A program made the translations under genes and the position numbers. This document shows, piece after piece, positions 10,555-19,717 of a DNA stretch of 64,000 nt; position 1 is the stretch's first letter, and the number at the start of each line of letters is the position of its first letter. The stretch spans positions 320,001-384,000 of the forward strand of contig JBGANV010000002.1 of NCBI GenBank assembly GCA_044222185.1, written 5' to 3'. Source of the stretch: Planctomycetota bacterium. Lineage in GTDB: Bacteria; Planctomycetota; GCA-002687715; CAIWVZ01. The notes beneath the pieces are model-generated. The model worked only from the letters and a program-made list of their open reading frames with translations. It was not told where the DNA came from and searched no databases.

Positions 10555-13230
10555 ATGCCCGACAGTCGCCGGAATCTGCGGACTTGCCTGACGGCGCTCG
10601 CCGTGTGCGGGACCCTGTCCGTCGGCGGTGTCGTCGCCTGGTGGCTTCTGTCCGAGCCGGACCTCGCCCGTTCGGACGTGGCGACCTCGGCAGTCGACGC
10701 GCCGGCGATGCTCGGTCAGCTCGAGTCCCGCGCGCACGACGCACCGTCGTCACGGCGGAATCGCATCACGCGAACCGCCGACGCCTCACAGCCCCTCCGC
10801 GGACCGGCCGCGGCCCCACTCTCGGAGATCGCGACGGGATCCGTTCGCCTCCACGTCATCGACGCGGACACGCGGCTCCCGATCGGCGGCGCCGACGTTG
10901 CCGTACGCGACGGCACCCAGGCCCGCACGTTGACGACGAGCGCGGGACCTGACGGTGTCGCCATCGTCGACGAAGTCCCCGCGTCGCGCGGTGCACTCGT
11001 GCGCGTGGTCGCACGCGGCCATGCACCGGTGACGATCGAGAACGTGACCGTCATCAACGGTGAGACGACGGATCTGGGCGACGTCAAACTCGAACACGGA
11101 ATCGGGATCCGCGGTCGAGTCCGGTCCGAGGCCGGCGAGCCCGTTCCCAATGCGCAGGTCTCGCTACACCGAACGCGCGCGCTGAAGACGACGGCGACCT
11201 TCGACCTCGTGGCGATGTACGACGAGATCTGGGAGCCGGCGAAACCCGTCGACGCGACGACGTCCGATGAAACCGGTTCGTTCTGGTTCGCGGCAGTCGG
11301 CAACGGTGACTACACGGCCGAGGTCCGTGCCGCCGGTTTCCAGGTGGCATTCACCGCCCCGTTCGCCGTCCTCCAGGACGTTCCCCCGGATCCGCTCGAC
11401 GTGGTCGTGCAGACGGGCACTCTGTTCAAGGCGCTCGTGAAGAACGAGGCGGGACTGGCGGTCGCGGGTGCCGAGGTCTTGATGCTCCAATCGCCGCGCG
11501 GGCTGCCGTTCAACATGCGGACGCAGAAGACCGCGACGGATGGCGACGGCGCGTTCCAATTCGACACGGCTCCCCTCGAGCCGTTCCAGATCCACATCCG
11601 TGCCGGCGGATTCGCTCCCTACAGCAACACGGAAGTCGTCGCGAAGGTCGACCCGGTCGAGTTCGTTCTGAAGCGCGGGGCGACGATCCAGGGGCGCGTC
11701 TACGACGTCGCGACGTCGAAGGGCCTGGGCGGCGTCCGCGTCGCGGCCGCAGTCGCGAACAAGTTCCAAGGGTTCTCATCCACGATCTCGGCGGACGACG
11801 GTTCCTACACGCTGAAGGACGTGCCAGCAGGGAACCGCGTGACTCTCGTCGCCAAGCGTGGCGGATACGCGCTGTTCCCGCCGCTCGGCGACGAACGCAA
11901 CGCCTTCGGAACCGTCGGCCTCGAGGTCGAAGGCGTGCTCCCGGACTCGATCGCGACGAAGGACATCCCCATGGCGGGGAACAGCGTCGTGACGGGACGA
12001 GTGATCGACGGCGACAGCGGTGCGCCCATCGCAGGCGCGGACGTCATGCTCCTGCGCGGAGGGAACGCCCGTGGGATCGCCCAGTTCCAGGCTCCGACGA
12101 CGCGGTCGGCACTGGACGGCACGTTCACGCTCATGCCGGCGGCGGCGGGAGCGTTCCGCATCTACGCCTGGGCGCCTGGCTACGTTCTCGCGCCGACGGA
12201 CCGCAAGAAGACGTTCGAACCGAACGCCAACGACGTGGCCGCCATGGCGCGCGTCGAGCCGGAGGCGACGCGGAAGGACGTCGAGGTCCGCCTCGTGCGC
12301 GGCACGGAGATCGAAGTCGAGGTTCGCGACGCCAACGGGCGCGGCATCCCCGACGTCTCGCTCCGCTGGACGGATGACGCCGCGCCCTTCGAGCTGAACG
12401 TCATCTCAGAACCCTACCGGCAGGCGACGATGCTGACGGACGCCTCGGGCCACGCCACCTTGGACGGACTTCCTCGATCGAAACGCATCCGCGTGGACGC
12501 GTCGCGCGCGGATTTCACGGCGGGCGGGACGGCGACGGTCGACACGGACGACGGCCAGCTGAAGCGCGCCGAGATCACGATCACCCGGGGCGCGACGATC
12601 ATCGGCCGCGTCTGCAAGCCCGATGGGCGCGGAGCCGCGGGCATTCCCATTCGCTACGTCCCCCGCGCGGGAGCACCGCCGGCGCCGCGCGTGGTGTTTG
12701 GCACGCGCAACGACCCGTACCGGGCGGTGAGCAGCGCCAACGGCTCGTTCGTGCTCGAGGGGATCCGCCAGGGCGACGGCCGGCTGGAACTCGCCACCTC
12801 CGATCCCGAGGGTGTCACCGAGTCGGCGGCGTCACCGCTCGCCTCGCCGGAGAAGTGGCTCCTCGACGCACCGTCCGTGCATCTGCCCGTCTCCGAGGGC
12901 CAGGAGGAACGGATCACGCTCTACATCGTTCCGTCGCTGGCGATCGAGGGGCGCGTGCTCTTCCCCTCGCGGCGTCCGGCCGCGGGCCTTCCCGTGAAAC
13001 TGCGCGGCGAGGGCGTGCTCGCCGCCGTCTCGAAGGAAGTGAAGTCGGACGGAGGCGGCGGGTATCGCTTCGGCGGCTTGCGGCCGGGGCGCTATCGCCT
13101 CTCGACGGAGTACATCCAGAAACCCCCGCCGAATCAGAAGCCGCCCGGTCGCCCGCGGCGCTTCACGGCGGGCCGCTCCGAGCTGGAAGCGGGAACGGGC
13201 AGCGTCGACCTGGTGCTGGTCGGACGATGA
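10555..13230 (+). CDS. Membrane-anchored protein with multiple carboxypeptidase-regulatory-like (prealbumin-like) domains
   Basis: N-terminal TM; repeated GRV.D...G.P(I/V).GA.V...T..DG.F...G(F/Y) units. The real start is ATG 10555; the upstream part of the 1598-aa ORF is antisense to the kinase. Confidence 0.85.
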   Translation: MPDSRRNLRTCLTALAVCGTLSVGGVVAWWLLSEPDLARSDVATSAVDAPAMLGQLESRAHDAPSSRRNRITRTADASQPLRGPAAAPLSEIATGSVRLHVIDADTRLPIGGADVAVRDGTQARTLTTSAGPDGVAIVDEVPASRGALVRVVARGHAPVTIENVTVINGETTDLGDVKLEHGIGIRGRVRSEAGEPVPNAQVSLHRTRALKTTATFDLVAMYDEIWEPAKPVDATTSDETGSFWFAAVGNGDYTAEVRAAGFQVAFTAPFAVLQDVPPDPLDVVVQTGTLFKALVKNEAGLAVAGAEVLMLQSPRGLPFNMRTQKTATDGDGAFQFDTAPLEPFQIHIRAGGFAPYSNTEVVAKVDPVEFVLKRGATIQGRVYDVATSKGLGGVRVAAAVANKFQGFSSTISADDGSYTLKDVPAGNRVTLVAKRGGYALFPPLGDERNAFGTVGLEVEGVLPDSIATKDIPMAGNSVVTGRVIDGDSGAPIAGADVMLLRGGNARGIAQFQAPTTRSALDGTFTLMPAAAGAFRIYAWAPGYVLAPTDRKKTFEPNANDVAAMARVEPEATRKDVEVRLVRGTEIEVEVRDANGRGIPDVSLRWTDDAAPFELNVISEPYRQATMLTDASGHATLDGLPRSKRIRVDASRADFTAGGTATVDTDDGQLKRAEITITRGATIIGRVCKPDGRGAAGIPIRYVPRAGAPPAPRVVFGTRNDPYRAVSSANGSFVLEGIRQGDGRLELATSDPEGVTESAASPLASPEKWLLDAPSVHLPVSEGQEERITLYIVPSLAIEGRVLFPSRRPAAGLPVKLRGEGVLAAVSKEVKSDGGGGYRFGGLRPGRYRLSTEYIQKPPPNQKPPGRPRRFTAGRSELEAGTGSVDLVLVGR

Positions 13231-15620
13231 TGCTCCGCGCGCTCGCCGTCACCGGTCTCGTCGTCGCGTGGAGCGCAGCGCAGGCGTTGACCCTCCCGCT
13301 GGACGTGCCTGGTGAGGGTTGGAACGGCGTCACCATCGTCGCCGACGGAGTCCGCGGCGCGGCCGCGCGCTTCGCCGCACCCACGGCGCGGATCGATGCG
13401 GGCCCGTTGCCGATCACGTCCTCGGAGTCGTTCGCCCTTTCCGGCTTCATCCGGACGCGCTCGCCCGAGTTCGCCACGGTGCTCATCGCTCGCGACGGCG
13501 AGGAAGTCGGGGTTTCGATCGTCGTGGGTCGATCGCCCGGCCGCCTGTCATTCGAGGCCTGGTCGTGGAGGAACGTGAAACTCCTCTCGCGCGGACGCGT
13601 GGACGACGGCCGCTGGCACGCGTTCGAGGTCAGCTACGACGCCGGTTCGCGGACCGCGGCGCTCTACGTCGATGACAGCCTCCAGGCGTTCTCGTCGCTG
13701 GGCGCGGGCCAAGCGCGCGGTGCGCAGCTTCGGCTCGGGAACAACATCGGGTGCGAACAGCCGTTCACCGGAGATCTGGACGAAATCCGGTTCGATCGGA
13801 AGTCCAGTCGACCCTCGATCCATGCGCTCGCCGCCCCGATCGCCGGCGAAGAGGCGAGCGGCGCGGCACTCGGCGAGCTGCGCTCGCGCATCCTCGAGCG
13901 GCCGGGCAAGACCTACGCGTCGCTCGCAAAGGACGAGTGGCTCTCACGGCGCACCGTCGTGCGCCGCGACCTTTCGGATGCGCTCGGGCTCGTGCCCGAA
14001 CCGGCCCGAGGTCCGCTCGACTTCATCGTGCACGGCGAGATGGAGGAGCAGGGATGCCGCGTCCAGCGCGTGTCGTGGAACGGCTGGCCCGGAACTCGGG
14101 CGACCGGCTGGATGTGGCTCCCGATGAAGATCGAAGGACGGCTGCCAGCCGTCCTCCATCCGCACGGTCACTGGCCCGATGGTGCCATCGATGGCGTGGT
14201 GCAGGCACGCGCACGTCGATTCGCGCGGGTCGGCTACGTCTCGCTCGTCGTCGACAGCGTTCACGTGGAGGACGTCGCCGCGGGTCTTTCCTCCATCGGT
14301 GTGATGACGTGGAACAACGTGCGGGCGCTCGATCTTCTCTGCGCGCGCACCGACGTGGACCCGGCGCGCATCGGCGTGACCGGTGCATCGGGCGGCGGTC
14401 AACAGACCATGTACCTCATCGCGCTCGACGACCGCCCCGCCGCGGCGGCCCCCATCTGCATGGTGTCCGAGTTCTCGACGATCGTCGAGCATGGGTTCGC
14501 GCACTGCGGGTGCAATCACGTGGCGCGCGTCGGCTTCATCACGGATCAGCCGGAGATGTGCGCCATGTTCGCCCCGAAACCTCTCGTCATCGGAACCGTG
14601 ACCGGCGACTGGACGAAGACGTTCCCCTCGGTCACGCGCCCGAAGTTGGCGGCGATCTACGCGACGCTCGGGAACCCGGAGGCGTTCCAGTCGCGTCACC
14701 TCGCGGCAGGTCACAACTACGACCGCGCGTTTCGCGAGATGGTCTATGCGTTCTTCGATGAACACGTCGCCGGTGTGACACGCGATGCGACGGAGCCGGC
14801 CGCCGCCACCACGTCGATCCACGAGCTCCGCGCACTCGGACCGCCACAGCCATCCCTGGATCGCGCGACGCTGGCACGTGAGCTGCGGGCACGACGCCCC
14901 AGGATCGCCGACCTGCGAGCGGCCGCCCCGTCCCTCCCCTGGGCTCCGCGAAAACGCGAGCTCGTGCCCGCGAATGCCGCCGCGAGCGCCGGCGCCGAGT
15001 GGGCGCGTTTCGTGGCGCGCGCCGCCGAGTTCGCCTCCGGAGACCCGCTGCCGGTGCTCATCCGGGATCGCAAGCCCGACTCCGAATGGGTCGTCGTGTC
15101 GAGCCTCCAGGGCAAGCTCGCCCTCGCGACGTCACCCCCGTCGTGGATGAAGGATCTGGACCGCGTCGCGCTCTACGATCCCCACCTCGTGGGTGAGAGC
15201 GCGGCGTTCCTCGGGGGGTGGCGACGCAACGGCATCCTCTTGGGCTGCGGAGAGGGCTACATGCTCGCCCAGGACCTGGCTGACGTCGTGACGTCCTTGC
15301 CGGGGACCGGTCGTGTGACGGTGGTCGCGCTGGGCCAGGCGGGCCCATCCGCGCTGATCGCCGCGCAGTTCACTCCGCGCATCGGCTCCTTGGTGATCGA
15401 GAACCTGGGTCCGACGTTCGCGAGTGACGGCAATCGCATCCCGCTCTGCCCGGAGATCCTTCGCTTCGGAGACCTTGCGGAGCTGGTGGCGGCCGCGGGT
15501 CGTCGCCGGATCGTGCTGGGCGGTGCGCCCGCCGACTCGGGGTTGCCGCCCACGGCGCCGCTCACTCCAGAAGCCGTCGGCGCGGCCCTTGCGACGACGG
15601 AATCGCGGCCGCCTCGCTGA
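13227..15620 (+). CDS. Secreted LamG/concanavalin-like + alpha/beta-hydrolase (acetylxylan esterase-like) protein
   Basis: ATGA overlap; signal peptide; LamG motif DDGRWH...LYVD...FTGDLDEIRF; PAVLHPHGH, RIGVTGASGGGQQT nucleophile elbow, GHNY; degenerate second hydrolase domain. Confidence 0.85.
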   Translation: MMLRALAVTGLVVAWSAAQALTLPLDVPGEGWNGVTIVADGVRGAAARFAAPTARIDAGPLPITSSESFALSGFIRTRSPEFATVLIARDGEEVGVSIVVGRSPGRLSFEAWSWRNVKLLSRGRVDDGRWHAFEVSYDAGSRTAALYVDDSLQAFSSLGAGQARGAQLRLGNNIGCEQPFTGDLDEIRFDRKSSRPSIHALAAPIAGEEASGAALGELRSRILERPGKTYASLAKDEWLSRRTVVRRDLSDALGLVPEPARGPLDFIVHGEMEEQGCRVQRVSWNGWPGTRATGWMWLPMKIEGRLPAVLHPHGHWPDGAIDGVVQARARRFARVGYVSLVVDSVHVEDVAAGLSSIGVMTWNNVRALDLLCARTDVDPARIGVTGASGGGQQTMYLIALDDRPAAAAPICMVSEFSTIVEHGFAHCGCNHVARVGFITDQPEMCAMFAPKPLVIGTVTGDWTKTFPSVTRPKLAAIYATLGNPEAFQSRHLAAGHNYDRAFREMVYAFFDEHVAGVTRDATEPAAATTSIHELRALGPPQPSLDRATLARELRARRPRIADLRAAAPSLPWAPRKRELVPANAAASAGAEWARFVARAAEFASGDPLPVLIRDRKPDSEWVVVSSLQGKLALATSPPSWMKDLDRVALYDPHLVGESAAFLGGWRRNGILLGCGEGYMLAQDLADVVTSLPGTGRVTVVALGQAGPSALIAAQFTPRIGSLVIENLGPTFASDGNRIPLCPEILRFGDLAELVAAAGRRRIVLGGAPADSGLPPTAPLTPEAVGAALATTESRPPR

Positions 15621-15672
15621 CTCCCGCGCGCACCAGCGCTCGGATGTCAGCGGACGGCCGCGTCGGACTCGC

Positions 15673-16863
15673 TCAGAACTGCAACGAGTCCGTGTTGCTC
15701 GTGTCGAACACCGTGTTCTGGCCCGAGCCCGTCACGACGACGGCCTGGAACCACAGGGTGAGACCCGTGGGGATCATGGCGTTCGGCGGCAGCGCATGCG
15801 ACCGCGTCAGGGTCCCGCCAGCGGGGATCGTTCCAAACATGTGCATCTGGAGCGGCTGACCCAGGCACAGCGAGAGGCTGCCCGGCGGGAACGACAGTGA
15901 CCCGAGATTGCGCGACTCGACGAGGATCACGTGGCCGCCGGCCGTGCCCGTGACGCTCGTGGTGATCGTGCTGCCCGGCGTCACGACGCCGTCAGGCGTG
16001 ATCGTGAGTTGCACCGTCCCCGGCGTGCACGGAGGTGGAGGCGGAGCGGCGGCGAACGTCACCGTCTGCGTGTTGCTCGTGTCGACGGTGGGTGTCGTCG
16101 CACCGCCCGCGATCGTCACGGCCTGGAAGACGCGGACGGTGCCAGCGGGAGCATTCGCAGGCGTCGGGATCTGGATCGTCCGCGTGCCACTGGCAGGAAG
16201 CGGTCCAAGCGGCTGGCTCGTGAACGGGGCGTTCAGGCAGATGACGGTGCCCGCGAGCGGCCCGCCGCCGGGCCCACCGAGCGTCGTTGCGCCGGCGTTC
16301 GGCCCGCTGAAGAGCACGACGTTCGCACCTGCCGCGCCCGTCACCGTCACCGAGAGCGGAGTGCCGGCCGCCGGGTTGCTCGGCGTCACGGCGAGGACGA
16401 CCGTGCCCGGGTTGCACGTGGGCGGCGGCGGCGGCGGTCCCACCGTGGCCGTGACGACGTTGCTGGTGTCGACGGTGTGCGACGGGGACTGCGGGCCACC
16501 CGTCACCGTCACGGCTTGAAAGTTGACCGTGGCGCCGGCGGTGGAGGGCATGGGAACCTGCACCGTGCGCGTCCCCGACTGGGGCAGCATGCCGATCGAC
16601 ATGGAGTTGAATGGTGACGCGAGGCAGATGACGGTGCCGTTCAACGGCCCTTGCCCGGCCAGTGTCGTCTGACCGAGATTGGGACCACGATAGAGGAACA
16701 CGCCAGCGCCAGCCGTGCCGGTCACCGTGACGTTCACCGGCGCGCCCGCCGCTGGACTCGACGGCGACACCGAGAGCACGACGGAACCCGTCGGGCATTG
16801 GCAGATCGCAGCGGCGGCGATCAGCAACGCGGCTGACACCGAAACGAAATGACTGACCTTCAT
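15673..16863 (-). CDS. Secreted protein made of three tandem ~120-aa beta domains joined by poly-Pro linkers
   Basis: Signal peptide ending AIC-Q; three repeats C.PG/TG.V.L.(V/I)(S/T)P...CL..P...FQAV...DTSN; RBS GGAG. Confidence 0.85.
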   Translation of the reverse strand: MKVSHFVSVSAALLIAAAAICQCPTGSVVLSVSPSSPAAGAPVNVTVTGTAGAGVFLYRGPNLGQTTLAGQGPLNGTVICLASPFNSMSIGMLPQSGTRTVQVPMPSTAGATVNFQAVTVTGGPQSPSHTVDTSNVVTATVGPPPPPPTCNPGTVVLAVTPSNPAAGTPLSVTVTGAAGANVVLFSGPNAGATTLGGPGGGPLAGTVICLNAPFTSQPLGPLPASGTRTIQIPTPANAPAGTVRVFQAVTIAGGATTPTVDTSNTQTVTFAAAPPPPPCTPGTVQLTITPDGVVTPGSTITTSVTGTAGGHVILVESRNLGSLSFPPGSLSLCLGQPLQMHMFGTIPAGGTLTRSHALPPNAMIPTGLTLWFQAVVVTGSGQNTVFDTSNTDSLQF

Positions 16864-16923
16864 GAAGATTCTCCAATGACGCGGACGGACCCGGGGGTCG
16901 GAACCGTCCCGTAGAAGCCGGGC

Positions 16924-16952
16924 TTTGAAGTGTCGGGAAACGCCAGGGTTCC
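16924..16952 (-). promoter_or_regulatory. Possible ECF sigma promoter for the 15673-16863 gene
   Basis: Minus strand GGAACCC-N17-TCAAA resembles the RpoE consensus GGAACTT-N16/17-TCAAA. Confidence 0.3.
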
Positions 16953-17074
16953 GGACAGGCGGCCAAGTGCGGAGTCGCGGGCCGACGGGAGCTCAAAAAC
17001 CGCGATCCCACGCTCCCCATCGGCGGGCCCAGCCGCTATCTTCCCGCCTCGTTTTCGCACGGAGGTCCCAGCTC

Positions 17075-18703
17075 ATGTCGAACGCCCAGTGGCGCACACC
17101 GCAACCGACGAACGAACCGATCCTGAGCTACGCGCCCGGCAGCCCGGAGCGCGGGACGCTGCAAACGAGACTCACCGAGCTTTCGAGTCGGGAGATCGAG
17201 ATCCCGCTCGAGATCGGCGGCAAGGCCGTCACGACGGGGAAGCTGGGTGAGGCGCGCAAGCCGCACGCCCATCGACACCTCCTCGCCCGGTTCCACAACG
17301 GAAGCGCCAAGCACGTCGACGACGCCGCGCGGGCCGCGGCGCAGGCGTGGCCGTCGTGGTCGACCATGGCGTGGGAGGACCGCGCGGCCATCTTCCTGAA
17401 GGCCGCCGATCTCCTCGCGGGTCCGTGGCGCGCCACGCTCAATGCCGCGACGATGCTCGGGCAAAGCAAGAACCCGTTCCAGGCCGAGATCGATGCGGCG
17501 TGTGAGCTGATCGACTTCTGGCGCTTCAACGTCCACTTCATGACCGAGCTCTACGCCGAGCAACCGCTGTCGGGGCCGGGCATGTGGAACCGGTCGGAGT
17601 ACCGGCCTCTGGAAGGGTTCGTGTTCGCCGTCACGCCGTTCAACTTCACTTCGATCGGCGGCAACTTGCCCACGGCGCCCGCGCTCATGGGCAACACCGT
17701 GATCTGGAAGCCCGCTTCGACCGCGGTGTACTCGGCCCACTTCATCATGCAGCTCCTGAAGGAAGCCGGGCTGCCGGATGGCGTGATCAATCTCGTGGCG
17801 GGATCGGGATCGGAGATCGGGTCGCCGGCGATCGCGCACCCCGACTTCGCCGGGCTTCACTTCACAGGCTCGACGGGCGTCTTCAACGGCATGTGGAAGC
17901 AGATCGCGGAGAACCTGCCGCGGTACCGCGGATACCCGCGAATCGTCGGCGAGACCGGCGGCAAGGACTTCGTCTTCGCCCACGCGAGCGCGGACGTGGC
18001 GGCGCTTTCCGTCGCGCTCGTCCGCGGCGCGTTCGAGTATCAGGGACAGAAGTGCTCGGCCGCGAGCCGGGCGTTCATTCCCGCCACGCTCTGGCCCAAG
18101 GTCCGTGAACAGGTCTGCGCCATGCTCTCCGAGATGAAGATGGGTCCGCCGGAGGACTTCTCGAACTTCATCAACGCCGTCATCGACGGCGCCGCCTACA
18201 AGTCCATCAAGGGCTACGTCGACTACGCCAAGGCCAATTCGGCCGACGCTGAGATCGTCTTCGGTGGCAACTGCGACGACAAGGATGGCTGGTTCATCCA
18301 GCCCACGGTCGTCCGCACGCCGAACCCCAAGTTCAAGCTGCTGTGCGAAGAGATCTTCGGACCCGTGCTCACCGTCCACGTCTACGACGATCACAAGCTC
18401 GACGAGACGCTCGCCGTCTGCGACCAGGGTTCCGCCTACTCACTGACGGGAGCCATCTTCGCCCAGGACCGTCACGCGATCGTGAAGATGGCTGCCGCGC
18501 TGCGCCACACGGCCGGCAACTTCTACGTCAACGACAAGCCGACCGGCGCCGTCGTCGGCCAGCAACCGTTCGGCGGTGGCCGCGCATCCGGCACGAACGA
18601 CAAGGCCGGAAGCAAGCTGAACCTCGTTCGATGGGTTTCGGCCCGCACGATCAAGGAGAACTTCGTTCCTCCGAAGACCTGGCGTTATCCGTTCCTCGGC
18701 TGA
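17075..18703 (+). CDS. pruA: L-glutamate gamma-semialdehyde (1-pyrroline-5-carboxylate) dehydrogenase
   Basis: NEPILSYAPGSPER, AEIDAACELIDFWRFN, PFNFTSIGGNL, GETGGKDF, FEYQGQKCSAASR, EEIFGP, SGTNDKAGS; GGAGG RBS before ATG 17075. Confidence 0.96.
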   Translation: MSNAQWRTPQPTNEPILSYAPGSPERGTLQTRLTELSSREIEIPLEIGGKAVTTGKLGEARKPHAHRHLLARFHNGSAKHVDDAARAAAQAWPSWSTMAWEDRAAIFLKAADLLAGPWRATLNAATMLGQSKNPFQAEIDAACELIDFWRFNVHFMTELYAEQPLSGPGMWNRSEYRPLEGFVFAVTPFNFTSIGGNLPTAPALMGNTVIWKPASTAVYSAHFIMQLLKEAGLPDGVINLVAGSGSEIGSPAIAHPDFAGLHFTGSTGVFNGMWKQIAENLPRYRGYPRIVGETGGKDFVFAHASADVAALSVALVRGAFEYQGQKCSAASRAFIPATLWPKVREQVCAMLSEMKMGPPEDFSNFINAVIDGAAYKSIKGYVDYAKANSADAEIVFGGNCDDKDGWFIQPTVVRTPNPKFKLLCEEIFGPVLTVHVYDDHKLDETLAVCDQGSAYSLTGAIFAQDRHAIVKMAAALRHTAGNFYVNDKPTGAVVGQQPFGGGRASGTNDKAGSKLNLVRWVSARTIKENFVPPKTWRYPFLG

Positions 18704-18877
18704 TTCCGGGAACGCGCGCATCTCGCGTCCCTCCGTGGGAGCTGCCTCGGCCTGACCTCGTTCGGCCGGGACGGAACATTTGGGAGTCGCCCACCGGGAG
18801 AGTCGCTGCGCTCGGCGCCGTCGCGCGCGAGATCAGCGGCGCATCGCCCGCACGGCCGCAACCGGGACCACGGGGCT

Positions 18878-19717
18878 TCACCCAGGCTTGGTCTCAGTTG
18901 GGATCGCGGCGAGACGGGTGAACGTTCCCGCCTCGTCGACGCTGCCGAACGCGGGCGGTGGGCCCTCGAGCAAGGCGACCCAGTCGGCGGACTCGATCCG
19001 GACGACGTCGATCGACTGGCCGACCTTCGCGGCGAACTCCGCGGTGCCCTGCGCGTCGCGATGGGTGACCGCCACCAAGCGGCGCGTGCGACTCGAGAAG
19101 TCGAGCTCGCGGGCTGCGGCGATGCAGTGCTCACACCCGGGATCGAACACGAACACGTAGGCGTTCGACACTCCCGCGATCCGCACACGATGTTCGACAC
19201 CCGTCGGCGGTGCGCCTGACGCGCAGACCCACGCGACGACGGCGACCACGATGGCACCCGCGGCACTCGTGTGGACGAGCCCGGAGCGGCTCCACTCGCT
19301 GCCGGTCGACAGTCGATGCCAGCGCGCGACGAGCGCGACCGCCAGCAACTCCAACGTCGCGACGACTCCGAGCCATTTCGGCACCGCGGCCCACGCGCCG
19401 AAGCATCCACAACTCGAGCCTCGTGCCCACATCACGAGATGGTGAACGCCCAGGCCCGCAGCGAGGCCGATGGCGCCGCGTGCTCCGACACGGTTTCGGA
19501 CGAACAGCGCGAAGACGCAGGCCAGGGCGTCGACCGCCACGACGATCCCGCCCAGGAGGCGTGCGGGCACGTCGATCCCGTACCCGCTGCGAATCGCATC
19601 GTGAATCTCGGCAGCGGCGACGTGTGGAGCTGCAACCTTGGCGACGAGCGCCACGGCGAAGATCGCGGCCCCGACGAGGCCCGCTGCGGCGATGGCCCTG
19701 GCTCCGTTGATCGTCAC
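18878..19717 (-). CDS. MauE/DoxX family membrane protein fused to a thioredoxin-like CxxC domain
   Basis: 4-5 TM helices with the MauE signature SCGCFG; C-terminal FVFDPGCEHC and a GPPP motif at a possible cis-Pro position; GTG start overlaps the upstream TGA (GTGA). Confidence 0.82.
   Translation of the reverse strand: MTINGARAIAAAGLVGAAIFAVALVAKVAAPHVAAAEIHDAIRSGYGIDVPARLLGGIVVAVDALACVFALFVRNRVGARGAIGLAAGLGVHHLVMWARGSSCGCFGAWAAVPKWLGVVATLELLAVALVARWHRLSTGSEWSRSGLVHTSAAGAIVVAVVAWVCASGAPPTGVEHRVRIAGVSNAYVFVFDPGCEHCIAAARELDFSSRTRRLVAVTHRDAQGTAEFAAKVGQSIDVVRIESADWVALLEGPPPAFGSVDEAGTFTRLAAIPTETKPG

Noticed and set aside
18708-18731. Hairpin after pruA, and GCACGG-GCT-CCGTGC after lptD (54597-54611), as intrinsic terminators
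   Set aside because: Short stems without U-tracts; cannot be distinguished from chance at this GC content.
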